This document shows positions 51,990 through 64,000 of a DNA stretch of 64,000 nucleotides, piece by piece. The translations under genes were made by a program, and so were the position numbers. The DNA is from Octopus vulgaris. Lineage: Eukaryota. Numbering within the stretch: position 1 is the first letter of the stretch; each line of letters opens with the position of its first letter. Where the stretch lies: positions 49,290,001-49,354,000 of the forward strand of contig OX597829.1 of NCBI GenBank assembly GCA_951406725.2. Direction: 5' to 3'. The notes under the pieces were generated by a model. That model worked only from the letters and a program-made list of their open reading frames with translations, did not search any database and was not told where the DNA came from.

Positions 51990-52422
51990 AAGGGTACACC
52001 AGGCACATGCATCACAACCATATGTGCGCGACATGGTGATCTCATATCAAGATAAACAGCACATGACCTTGCTGGTGGGGCCCAGTTAGAATATTCTTCA
52101 GGTTGAGAAGCCCATCTTGCTCAAAAGGTCTCTGATTAAGGGCTCTTTCAAGCTGTTTTAAACACCCATATTTCAAACCCCAAAGAATTCCTCTCAACCC
52201 ATTGCTATGATGCTCCCCCACTACTTCTGCTCGTGATGAGAGATGCACATATCGTCAGCCACTAAGGGACATGCTCAACTGGTTAAGGTCAAACAACTGA
52301 CAAGCAAATCTGTGGTATTGAGCAGAATATTTGCTGTAGCCCATCTTTTATACCAAGACAAAACAATGTACATGATAACACTTCCAATCAGTTAAGATCA
52401 GAAGCCATGAGAGCCACTGCCT
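51990..52422 (-). mobile_element. Third, truncated copy of the ~540-bp element
   Basis: Matches 9090-9520. Confidence 0.8.
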
Positions 52423-53502
52423 ATTATTATTCATCATCATCGTTTAACGTCCATTCTCCATGCTAGCATGGGTTGGACAGTTCGACTGGGGATTTGGGAA
52501 GCCAGAAGGCTGCACCAGGCTCCAGTCTGATCTGGCAGTGTTTCTACAGCTGGATGCCCTTCCTAACGCCAACCACTCCATTATTATTATTATTATTTTG
52601 TAATATTACTTAAACATATCTGTCTGTCATAAAAATATGTCAGTGAACTTAGTTATTTAAAATGAAAATTGGGCTGGTATCATATATAAACTTTTCTTTT
52701 TATTGTCAATGAGTGAATTAAAAATGCATTTATATTTCTTCCATCATTCATATAAAACCGAAACTTGCAACATAAAAAAAAAATGTAAAAACAAAAATTT
52801 CCAGAAAAATCTTCAACATAATAGAAACAGTTATGATGTCGAAAATAACATTTTCAGACAAAAACACATTATCAGAGAGTATTTTTATGTATTTATTTTC
52901 CTTCCTTCCATACAGTTTCAGAATGATTTGTTCAGTTTTGGAGAAGATCAAGATAATAAAAGAAGACCGATAATAACAATGCCTAAAACTCAGAAGAGAT
53001 AATACACACACACACACACACACACAAACTAATCAAATTATTTTTAACCATTACCAAATTTCTATTATAAATCGTTACGCAGAAATATGATAACAAATCT
53101 TTCATTTGTTAATATTTAACCCATTTTTTTTTACTAAATTTCTCTTGAAATAAAATTTCCATTGTTTCATTTAATTTTGAAAAGAGTGAAGAATTTTTGT
53201 AAAAGATCATCATTATTGTTGTTAGACTGGAATATGAATTTATATGAAATTTTGATGGAAGGTTTTGAATTAAATCATTTTAAAAGAAGGAATTTTTGTC
53301 ATAGAAATACGACCATAAAACATGTAAATTAGGACAAGAAACAAGTTTTCATAAATAGTCACTTTAAATCAGAAACAAATAAATAAACAACAGTGTATCA
53401 AACAAACAATTAAGAATAAAAAAAAAAAACTTACCATCATTACTTCATGTATGAAACATTTAGCCAAATAGGGACAAAACATACATGTTTTAATAAATAT
53501 TG

Positions 53503-53577
<75 letters not shown>

Positions 53578-53819
53578 CTCCAGGTAATACGAAAGCAAAA
53601 TCTGGTGTTGAAGTCCATCACCAGTTAATTACAAAAGTTGACTGATGATGGAATTCAACTTGAGGTTTTGCCTTTGGGTTACCAGCAGTTCAATGCCAAT
53701 CACAAAAGCATTTGTTACTTTGCCACATTTGTAACAGCAGAGAGCTTAAGAAGCATTTTGCCTGGATTACTAATTCCTTACTAATAACTATATATATATA
53801 TTTATATATATATATATAC

Positions 53820-54085
53820 ATATGAAAGAAGGTTTGAAAATTCAATTTTAAAGACGTTTATTCACTTGACTGGTTTCACTTTTTTAGAAAAAGATTGTCA
53901 AAAGTAAAATGTAAAAGCTTTGTTGTGTTAAGTAAAGCATATACAAAGCTTTACACTACTTTTGACAATCTTTTTTCTAAAAAAGTGAAACCGGTCAAGT
54001 GAATAAACATCTTTTAAAATTGCATTTTCAAACCTTCTTTCATATATATTTCCACTCGTGCTGTACCTTACAACCTCAATTTGTT
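53820..54085 (+). mobile_element. Penelope-like foldback in (AT)n with a hammerhead-like motif
   Basis: ~104-bp arms 53820-53923/53943-54045; ACTT-TTGACAA-T-CTTTTTT CT AAAAAAG-T-GAAAC-CG-GTC-AAGT at 53958-54000. Confidence 0.65.
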
Positions 54086-54235
54086 ATATATATATATGTA
54101 TGTATATTCAAGAAAAGGAATAAGATGAAAAAAGAATATGTTTAAATCGTCATGGCAAAAATTGTGTAATCACCAACCATACTTTCTCACTCACTATATA
54201 TATATATATATATATACACGCAAGAAGTGAGGCGA

Positions 54236-54552
54236 AAGTTGAAGCTTGGGAGCAAATGATACAAGATGAATCGGTTTGGAAACAAATGATCTACAATAGA
54301 TGCGAAGCATTTGAAGCTCAAAGAAATTGAACAATCTATCTGGAAATGAGCACTTCGTAGATAGGACTTAGCTACAATCCCAGACACTTTTCTGCTCAAA
54401 AATATTTGTAAGGTCTGTTTTTCAAGGGTTGTTGGTCAAGAGCAGGACTTGCTAATCATATAAGATCCCATGGCAGTATTTATTAATTGAAGAGATGGCC
54501 TTCTTCTGTAAAGAAGTATCAATCACCATATATATATATATATACATTTATA
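54236..54552 (+). mobile_element. 5'-truncated RTE LINE with TSD
   Basis: EAWEQMIQDESVWKQMIYNRCEAFEAQR...C..C...SRAGLANHIRSH (C2H2 tail); (TA)n tail; 15-bp TSD CAAGAAGTGAGGCGA at 54221-54235 and 54553-54567. Confidence 0.85.
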
Positions 54553-54770
54553 CAAGAAGTGAGGCGAGAGAGTTGGTGTTTATTCCATTAGTTGACAGTT
54601 GTTTTGTGATCTGAATAAGTTACAAAGTGACACTACATCATATGTCACACATACATAAATGAATTTACATATAAATATATAAATATTTTACCAATAAATA
54701 TAACTGTGCTGTAACATAATGAACAAACTACACTTCAGAATATTTCATGGCAGGTTAAAATACCTGACTC

Positions 54771-54824
<54 letters not shown>

Positions 54825-55055
54825 CATACATGAAGAGTTTTTTCTTACTATGAATTTGGATAGAACCCATAGAATTCTAATACTGTTTAGAAAATACTTT
54901 GTTCATTCAATGTAAAAATAATTAGAGCAATGGTAAACCCTGAAGTTGATATGCAATTCATTCTCATAAAAAATTTCAACAGCAAAGAAAAGGAAAACAA
55001 AACAAAAAGAAATCATATAGGTAAGAATATTTTCAAATAGAAACAGATCTCTTAC

Positions 55056-55164
55056 CATCATCCATAATTGCTGTTGTTATGTTTTTTCCAGTAAAACCTT
55101 TCGACCAAGCCATATTCACATTCAAATCAAGTCCTTCGATTCCACCAGATTGACCATTATTTTT
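55056..55164 (-). CDS. PCSK2: Internal exon of a prohormone/neuroendocrine convertase 2 (PC2, S8 subtilase) gene; includes the catalytic Asp region
   Basis: Translates KNNGQSGGIEGLDLNVNMAWSKGFTGKNITTAIMDDG, matching the PC2 motif N.GQ..G..GLDLNV..AW..G.TGK.(V/I)T.(A/G)IMDDG. Acceptor is a T-tract plus CAG (55165-55167) and donor is G|GTAAG (55051-55055). Length is 109 nt, phase 0 to 1; as I recall this equals the orthologous vertebrate PCSK2 exon. Confidence 0.92.
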
Positions 55165-56562
55165 CTGAAAAGAAAAAAAAATTATATTTATAATTTGGAT
55201 GTTGTGCCCAGAGACCATGCATATGATCCTCCTCCTCATCATCATCATTATCATCATCATAATTTCGATAGCAATATTTTCCTTTTATGGCAAAATATGC
55301 ACCTAATTCAATAAAATTATGGAGGTCCCTCTGATCACTATGCATAAAATGCAAAATATTTTACTTTTTTGTAGATTAGGTAGGCATAATTTGCCCCTAC
55401 TTTTCAATTTCAGTATTAAAGCTATGCATAGTACTGCTGTGTACATTCGTATAACACTGTTTTCTTTACACGCTATAAAGGCAGAAGTAAATCTGCCTTC
55501 AACTCAGTCGCGTGCCTGTATTTTGTGTGTCTTACTACATAAAGGTGCCTACCCTGAGTAATTACTGATGGCATGTGCCTGATACAAGCACACACATAAT
55601 GAAACTTTTTCAGTTTCTGTCCACTAAGTCAACTCACAAGTTTTTGATCATCTCAGGGCTACAGTCAAAGACACTTGCTCAAGGTACCATGCAGTGGGAC
55701 TAAACCCAGAACCACTTCCACAGCTGTGTCTACATACTGAAAAATTACTGAAAAATGGTAAATTTACCTTGACGTTTATCTTTCTTTCTCTGATTTATTG
55801 TTTACATTTAAGATCAATAACATTTTTAATAAATTAGAACACATATTTTTGTTCAAATATCTCATGTAATTTAACGAATGAAAAATTATCAGCAAATACC
55901 AATTCCCCTGCCATCACCACCACCATCACAACCACTACCAACACTGCCACCAAGACCTCCAACATCACCAAGATCACCACCATCTCTACCAGTTTGAGTA
56001 TTTTCAATGTTTTTCTTAGAAAATTTATTAAAAGTTCCATGGAGACTCAGAAAAATAATTAATATTGGAAAAGAGAAAATGCTTTGCTTTTTTTTTCTAC
56101 TTTTACAATTATCTTTTTGTTATGTAAAAGACACTGAAGAAACACAATGGAATGTTTTAAAGAACATAACAGGTTACTACACCGGGCTACTGGCATCTTA
56201 ATCACGAGTTCAAACCCTATGCACATGTATGCATATTTTGCTGCACAGGTGATTTGTTTCCAGTGATCAAACGGTTGTGCTGTATGTTTCCTCACTCCCT
56301 ACATCAAAGCAACATTAACCAGACAGATGCACAAGTGTGCAACACATCAGCTGTCAAAGTGGTCACAGAGCAACATGAAGTGAAGTGTTTTGCTTAAGAA
56401 CATGATGCACCACCCAGTCTGGGAATCGAAATCCTTATCTCATCATCGTAAGTGTAACACCCTAACCACTAGGCTACGAATCTTCATATGTGATGCATTT
56501 GTGTGTGCATGTTTTTGTATATGTATGTCCATAAATATATGTATGTGTGTGTGTGTGTATAC

Positions 56563-56607
<45 letters not shown>

Positions 56608-56612
<5 letters not shown>

Positions 56613-56785
56613 GAAATTTATAGAAAATAAAACAACTGATGAAACAACAAGCAAGTGTATTAGTTTGATGCTTGGGAAAAATGTAAAACTAAACTCTTTT
56701 ATATTTCGAGCCTATGCTCTTCAACAGAAAGTAACGAAGAAATAAACAGAGAGAGAATGAAAAAAATGTGTAGAGTTCAACTGTC
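56608..56785 (-). mobile_element. Diverged relative of the 2045-2243 Penelope-like fragment
   Basis: Adjacent to (AT)n; CTTT-CTGTTGA-A-GAGC ATAG GCTC-GAAAT-ATA-AAAG at 56696-56731 on minus. Confidence 0.55.
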
Positions 56786-57839
56786 AAACACACATATACA
56801 CACACACACACACACTCATATATGTGTATACCTTGCAAGGACTTGGTGACCCTGTCAGTGCAGGTGCCACTTAAAACCATCCAGTCCACACTGTAAAGTA
56901 GTTGGTGTTTGGAGGGACATCCAGCTGTAAAAGCGTTGCCAAAACTGACCTCGCCTATGCTTGTGTCATGTATAAGACACTAAGTCCATTCTGCTGAATG
57001 GTTGGTGTTAGGAAAGGCATCCAGTGGTAAAAAATCCTGCCAAAACAGTCACAGAAGTCTGGTGCAGGCTTCTGCCTGGATGGCTTTTGTCAAACCGTCC
57101 CAACCATGCCAGCTTTGAAGGCAGATGTTAAATGATGATGAGATGATGATGTCACACAAGCACGATTTAAGATTATTTTAATCTATGATTTTGGCAAATT
57201 TTTCAATCTAATATATATTTTAGTAGATCAGTATAAAAATATCCAGGCAGAGTAATCTTAGTTTATTTAAGCTGTACATTTAATTCCTGATCACCAATCT
57301 TGGTTTATCTAAGCAGAACATTTAAACACTTTTAGCAAGACAGGTAAGATCTATTTCGACAAGCATGTTACTATAGACTTTAATGGTTCCATAGACACAG
57401 TCTTTGTGGATAGAATCAAGAGGACCTACACAGATGTCAATACCCTGGAGCTACAAACAACCCCCCACACAAATACTGCTCCACATACATATATACCTCC
57501 TACACACACTGCCTCACAAACATTTCCTCCACCTTCACCAAGACACGTTACAACAACTTGCAGTGGTCACCATGTCCATTGGCCTGAGAGGCTTTGTGAA
57601 ACTATTTGTATATGAACTGGCCCTTAGTGTCTGTTATTGTCTTATATTTTCTTTTTTGCAGGCTTGTTTTCTTCTTAATGCATTCATGTGGTTTTCTTTT
57701 TCCAGTGTTAGAACATTTGCTGTAAATGTGTGTGTTAAATAATAAGGTACCAAAAGAGAATGACTCTCCCCAGGAACAACAAAATATGACTCAACATATG
57801 AACTCACATAAAGAATCTTTCAAACCAAATCCAAAAACG

Positions 57840-57883
<44 letters not shown>

Positions 57884-57887
<4 letters not shown>

Positions 57888-58116
57888 CGGCGAACTGGCA
57901 GAAACGTTAGCACGCCGGGCGAAATGCGTAGCCGTATTTCGTCTGCCGCTACGTTCTGAGTTCAAATTCCGCCGAGGTCGACTTTGCCTTTCATCCTTTC
58001 GGGGTCGATAAAGTAAGTACCAGTTACGCACTGGGGTCGATGTAATCGACTTAATCCATTTGTCTGTCCTTGTTTGTCCCTTCTGTGTTTAGCCCCTTGT
58101 GGATAGTAAAGAAATA
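57884..58116 (+). mobile_element. SINE family B, young, in (TA)n
   Basis: Near-consensus copy. Confidence 0.9.
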
Positions 58117-58697
58117 TATATATATATATCATTCTGTCTTATATATACATATATTTTCATATATATATAATTTATATATATGGTGGTGGTGGTGGTGTGT
58201 GTGTAAAACATTTTATGCACTTGTAGCAATGCTTATAATGAGGGACAGGATGACCATTCAAGATCAGAATCAGAGAATGCTGGTAGGCTTTGAACAGAGA
58301 TAAATCAACAAAGTCAGGAATAACAGAACATTTATGGCATGATAAATGGAAGCTATGTGTCACTAGAGGACGAATTTTCCATTATAGACAAAGAATCACA
58401 GCAGCACCAATGGATTCAAGAATGAGATATAGTAGTATATATTCATATATCAATGGAGAACTCTTCCAGTAAATCTACCAGTGATTCCTGACCATTGTGA
58501 AAATCATGTCACTAGAGGATAAATTTTCTATTATAGATAAAGAACCACAAAGAAAGCCTATGGAATATAAAAGAGAAAAATAACAAATAGCGCTAACCAA
58601 CAATCCATGCAGCAAACTTAGCAGTGAGTTCCAAGTATTATGACTATCATTACTGAAAATGACTGTCAATATCACTTGAATAAATCTATATTTTTGC

Positions 58698-59323
58698 TAG
58701 GAGTGGCTGTGTGGTAAGTAGCTTGCTTACCAACCATATGGTTCCAGGTTCAGTCCCACTGTGTGGCACCTTGGGCAAGTGTCTTCTAATATAGCCTCGG
58801 GCCAACCAAAGCCTTGTGAGTGGATTTGGTAGACAGAAACTGAAAGAATCCCGTTGTGTATATGTATATCATCATCATCATCGTTTAACATCCGTTTTTC
58901 ATGCTAGCATGGGTTGGACGGTTCAACTGGGGTCTGGGAAGCCAGAAGGTTGCACCAGGCTCCAGTCTGATCTGGCAGTGTTTCTACAGCTGGATGCCCT
59001 TCCTAACGCCAACTACTCTGTGAGTGTAGTGGGTGCTTTTTACGTGCCACCGGCACAGGTGCCAGATGAGGCTGGCAAACGGCCACAATCGGATGGTCCT
59101 TTTTTTACATGCCACCAGCACGGAGGCCAGGCAAGGCTGGCATACATATATATAAGAATTGTCCCAAAATAATCTGTATTTTTGTTATTTTTATTTGCCC
59201 TGTTCGTTTAAGCTAACAATCGTGCTGACTTTCATGGGAAACATTTATTTTGTGGTTGAAACCTATTGGATCTATTTCTAGTGCAAGAGTGAGCCACATA
59301 GTGACCACTCTCTTATATTTATT

Positions 59324-59364
<41 letters not shown>

Positions 59365-59578
59365 ATGTATATGTTTGTGTGTGTGTGTTTGTTCCCCGCC
59401 AACATTGCTTGACAACTGATGCTGGTGTGTTTACGTCACCGTAACTTAGCAGTTCAGCCATAGAGATCGATAGAATATGTACTAGGCTTACAAAGAATAA
59501 GTTCTGGGATCGATTTGCTTGACTAAAAGCAGTGCTCCAGCATGGCTGCAATCAAATGACTGAAACAAGTAAAAGAGT
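58698..59578 (+). mobile_element. SINE family A split by an RTE 3' UTR and other inserted sequence
   Basis: 5' half at 58698-58860 and 3' half at 59365-59578. Confidence 0.75.
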
Positions 59579-60356
59579 ATGTCTGTGACATAACGAATCA
59601 ACACACAGTTTGTTGTAGCATCAAGAACTGCTGCCATGTTGCATTTGCTAAGAGTCTGTAATAGACAAAACACATTTTCATTTCTTTCCCAAGCATGTAA
59701 TTCACTGCTCAACCTTGAAATCGAACTCATGAACTCATGGTTTTCAGCTCAATAGCCCTTTTTCATCATTACCATTGTCATCATTTAATGTCCATTTTCC
59801 ATACTGGTAATTTCATCAACAGGAAATTTTCCATATTTTCTTTTTATAAATTTTTATTTCTGACTAGTTCAAAGAAATCAAAATCATTTTTATTCTTGCA
59901 TCTTTTACTTGTTTCAGTCACTGGACTGTGGCCAAGCTGGAACACCGGTTTGAAGAGGCTTTAGTCAAATAAATTGGTCCAAACGCTCATTTTTTAAAGC
60001 TTGGTACTTATTCTTACTATGACCAGCCATTTTTTTTATCCAGTGTATACTTCTTTTTTAAAAGTAGCAGTATCTTATTTGAGGGAGATTTTCTTCCTAA
60101 TTTTAGCATGTTGACTGACCCTAGAGGAACCTTTGTTGGGTCAAGTGCTTTGAGTTTAATATGTTGATATGTGTAAATAGGAGGGTTTGTGAATATAAGT
60201 AGGATAGTAACTTAATTTTTGTATCCAGTTTGTAAGATTCTTTACGTGAATTTGTGTGTTGAAACAAATTTTGTTGTGTCTAGGGAGAGTCGTTTTCACC
60301 AATATAATTAGCACATAAACTAGTTCAGTTCCACTCCTTTATTATTAGTCAATTGG

Positions 60357-60836
60357 TTAACCCTTTCATTAACATATTTCTGTTGAGATGTTCCGTGTTT
60401 CTTTCAATTAATTTTAAATATAAAGAATTAAGTAAAATAACTTAGTTATCATTAAGCAAATGATAGGAACATAAATTGTGACTAAGGTTTGGTGGAAGAT
60501 TTTAATTCAAAACTTATGAAAACAAGGCATTTGTACTCAGAGTCAGAGTTGGTTTCAGATGGGTTAGTGTCGAAAGAGTTAAGAATTGTTTCTCTAATAT
60601 ATATATTTAACCCTTTTGTTACCATATTTCTGTTGAGATGTTCTGTGTTTCTTTCAATTGATTTTAAATATAACAAAGAATTTAGTAAAATAATTTAGTT
60701 ATCATTAAGCTAGTTTTAGGAACATAAATTGTGACTAAGGTTTGGTGGAAGATTTTAATTCAGAACTTATGAAAACAAGACATTTGTACTACAGTGCCAG
60801 ATGCAGTTTCAAGCAGGTTGGTATCAAGAGGGTTTA
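60357..60836 (+). mobile_element. Two tandem piggyBac-like MITEs
   Basis: TTAACCCTTT...AAAGAGTTAA (60357-60582) and TTAACCCTTTT...AGAGGGTTTA (60607-60836); near-identical bodies. Confidence 0.75.
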
Positions 60837-61276
60837 TATCCAACTAACTAATCGATTAGGTACTTAGATATTTACTACCTAATTGACAACTAATTGACTA
60901 ATAATAAAGGATTGGAATTGAACCAGTGCATGTGTTAATAATATTGGTATAATGACTCTCCTTACATACAATAGAATAGTAACCAATTCTGATACACTGA
61001 TGGCTTTGTGTAAGAATTTAATGTAAATCATTAAGTTTAACAGGCAGATTAAATGTATGGAAAAAACATTTTCTAAGAATTGGCAAATTCAAGATACAGA
61101 TCTCTAAAATACTTTGATACACCTTGATTCGTTGTATTATAATTTCCAATTAAATTTTAAAAACTCATAAGTTTTAAATTCTTAGAATGTGGAATAAGTT
61201 TCAGTAGCTTCTTTCTTCTTGAGGGTGTTTTGACTATCACCATTCTCTGAGAAGAAATTTCTATAAAGTATTCTAA

Positions 61277-61695
61277 GGCGCAGAAGTGGCTGTGTGGTAA
61301 GTAGCTTGCTAACCAGCCACATGGTTCCGGGTTCAGTCCCACTGCGTGGCATCTTGGGCAAGTGTCTTCTGCTATAGCTCCGGGCCGACCAATGCCTTGT
61401 GAGTGGATTTGGTAGACGGAAACTGAAAGAAGCCTGTCGTATATATGTATATGTATATATATGTGTGTATGTTTCTGTGTGTTTGTGTGTCTGTGTTTGT
61501 CCCCCTTAGCTTGACAACTGATGCTGGTGTGTTTGCGTCCCCGTCACTTAGCGGTTCAGCAAAAGAGACCGATAGAATAAGTACTGGGCTTACAAAGAAT
61601 AAGTCCCAGGGTCGAGTTGCTCGACTAAAGGCGGTGCTCCAGCATGGTCGCAGTCAAATGACTGAAACAAGTAAAAGAGTAAAAAGAGTAAGAGT
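61277..61695 (+). mobile_element. SINE family A, full length
   Basis: Near-consensus copy. Confidence 0.9.
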
Positions 61696-61954
61696 AATGC
61701 CTTTTCATAGCAAATACACCGAGGAAGATTTTGAAACTAAGGGATTCTTTGTTAGTGTCATAAATGGACATTCAGTTGTTCAGCAATGCAAATTTCTGTT
61801 CATGAAATCAATATGGAATGATGCTGAATATTCCACAGAAATGTGTGCTCCTCTCGATACAGATTTTTGGTAGACTCAGAGCAACCCAACCTGACCAGGT
61901 TGGATCTTGGAATTGCAGGTACAATTCAGAGTAAAATAGAGAGTGAGAGGGAAT

Positions 61955-62122
61955 GAGACAGACAGACAGACAGACAATGAGTTAGTTAGCTAGACGGATG
62001 GATGGACAGACAGACAGATACGTACATACATAGAGACGGATAGATAGATACATACTTACATACATAAAGATAGATAGATAGATATACGGATGGATGGATA
62101 GATAGATAGATTGATAGGTAGG

Positions 62123-62181
<59 letters not shown>

Positions 62182-62430
62182 GTAGATAGATTGATAGGTA
62201 GATAGATAGGTAGGTAGATAGATTGATAGGTAGATAGATAGGTAGGTAGGTAGATAGATAGGTAGATAGATAGGTAGATAGATAGATTGATAGGTAGATA
62301 GATAGATAGATAGGTAGATAGGTAGATTGATAGGTAGATAGATAGATAGATAGATAGATAGATTGATAGATAGATAGGTAGGTAGATAGATTGATAGGTA
62401 GATAGATAGGTAGGTAGATAGATTGATAGG

Positions 62431-62474
<44 letters not shown>

Positions 62475-62545
62475 CAGATAGATAGAGAAACCAACAGACA
62501 GAAAGACAGACAGATAGATAGAAAGATAGACAGACAGACAGACGG
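61955..62545. repeat. (GATA/GGTA)n array
   Basis: Direct inspection. Confidence 0.95.
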
Positions 62546-63361
62546 AGAAAGAGACGGAAATTGAGAGAAAAAGAAGTGAATCAATCTTATATAGGACTGA
62601 TAATTAATACATTGAACTGAAAAGGAGAAAAAAAAATGTGAAATGTTGAACTCAGCAGATTTGAACTTGGAACTAGAAGGTCTTCTGTCTAATGACCTAA
62701 TAATGATTCTACCAAATTGCTGCCTTTCTGAAAATAAACTATATAGATATTGCAGCAGAAGTTGAAGTCTTCCCTTAGAATTTTTCGTCTAAGATATTAT
62801 TGATTTTGTGAATGAAACAGTTCTGAGGACAAAAATCGTGATTGCACAGTTAAAGAAGCCTACAAATGGTGGTTATTATGGGGGAAAGGGAGGGGGGTGA
62901 GTGAGTGGAGAGAAAGAAAGAAAAAATGGAACTTTTGCTTCAAGCGCTTTTGTCTGAAGTGCTGATTTGATTGACAGACTGAAGAGAAATTCTTGAAATC
63001 AATAACAGATTGTCATTTTATTGTTTCATCTTTCTTTTTCCTTTACTGTTAGAAAATAAGAAGTTGTTGTTGTTTTAAGTGTCTCTAGACTCAAGCGTCT
63101 GCATGCTGTTGCTCTCGGTCTTCATATCAATCGTGACCATTCCATCATTCTGTCTAAAAACCTTCTACCATTTTTATAAGACAGTTAAAGGCGGTGCTCC
63201 AGCATGGCCGCAGTCAAACGACTGAAACAAGTAAAAGAGAGTTGTATATGATATGAAGGCATTTTTGGCTTAGTGGCTAGGGTGTTCAGCTCACAATTGC
63301 AAGGTCATGAGTTCAATTCCCAGCAGTGAATTGTGAATATATATTTATATATATTTAAATG

Positions 63362-63594
63362 AAGGCGGCGAGCTGGCGGAAACGGTAGCACGCCGGGCGA
63401 AATGCGAAGCCGTATTTCGTCTGCCGTTATGTTCTGAGTTCAAATTCTGCCAAGGTCGATTTTGCCTTTCATCCTTTCGGGGTCGATAAATTAAGTACCA
63501 GTTACGCACTGGAGTCGATGGAATCGACTTAATACCTTTGTCTGTCCTTGTTTGTTCCCTCTGTGTTTAGCCCCTTGTGGCTAGTAAAGAAATA
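63362..63594 (+). mobile_element. SINE family B
   Basis: Near-consensus copy. Confidence 0.9.
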
Positions 63595-64000
63595 TATATA
63601 TTTATATTTATATTCACTTCTCACACTGCCTCATTATTATGGTTTATATGATCATCTCATAAAATAATTTCAACCAATCCAGTCTCCTGGATTTTAGCTG
63701 CATGGATCTCTGCATTATACATTTCTGTATTGGATTATTATGTGAACTGGTAGCCAAGTCCGTTAGCAGAGCTTTCTCTAATAGCCACACAATTCTCTGA
63801 ATCCATGTTTTATACTATTCATATATATGTATGTATATATACATACACACACACACACAAACACACACACATATATATATATATATACATACATATATAT
63901 ATATGTATGTATATATGTATGTGTATATATCTATGTATATATGTATAATGTACACTTCCATAATGGTGAGATCAACAAAAGAAGTACACCATCTGGTGAC

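Noticed and set aside
53428-53500. Strong minus-strand donor GATG|GTAAGT resembling the PC2 exon end
   Set aside because: Stops in the matching frame, no acceptor, and no PC2 similarity.
55885-55910. Minus-strand WYL as the upstream PC2 exon (QWYL)
   Set aside because: No GT donor after it and no DP.F..Q context.
57380-57610. GC-richer patch with a short ORF (DRIKRTYTDVNTLELQ...)
   Set aside because: No recognisable motif, splice pair or termini; cannot be assigned.

Overview
AT-rich, microsatellite-dense eukaryotic DNA whose repeat families look like those of an octopus (coleoid cephalopod) genome; the species is my inference. The only host coding sequence I can support is one 109-nt minus-strand exon (55056-55164) of a prohormone convertase 2 (PC2/PCSK2)-like subtilase, so the window is probably almost all intron. 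The rest is a dense set of mobile elements: two abundant tRNA-type SINE families, fragments of RTE, R4/Dong and HERO LINEs, five non-autonomous Helitrons, and mariner, hAT, Tc2-like and piggyBac-like MITEs. There is also a 3.2-kb 60-bp satellite and many simple repeats, and the long ORFs in the track come from these repeats. The most interesting signal is a set of short foldback elements in (AT)n/(TAA)n tracts that carry minimal type-I hammerhead-ribozyme-like motifs of the Penelope type. One family also has a tRNA-derived Pol III head, making it a candidate hammerhead-bearing, Penelope-mobilised SINE. Repeat boundaries were read by eye and may be off by a few bases unless a TSD or terminus is quoted.
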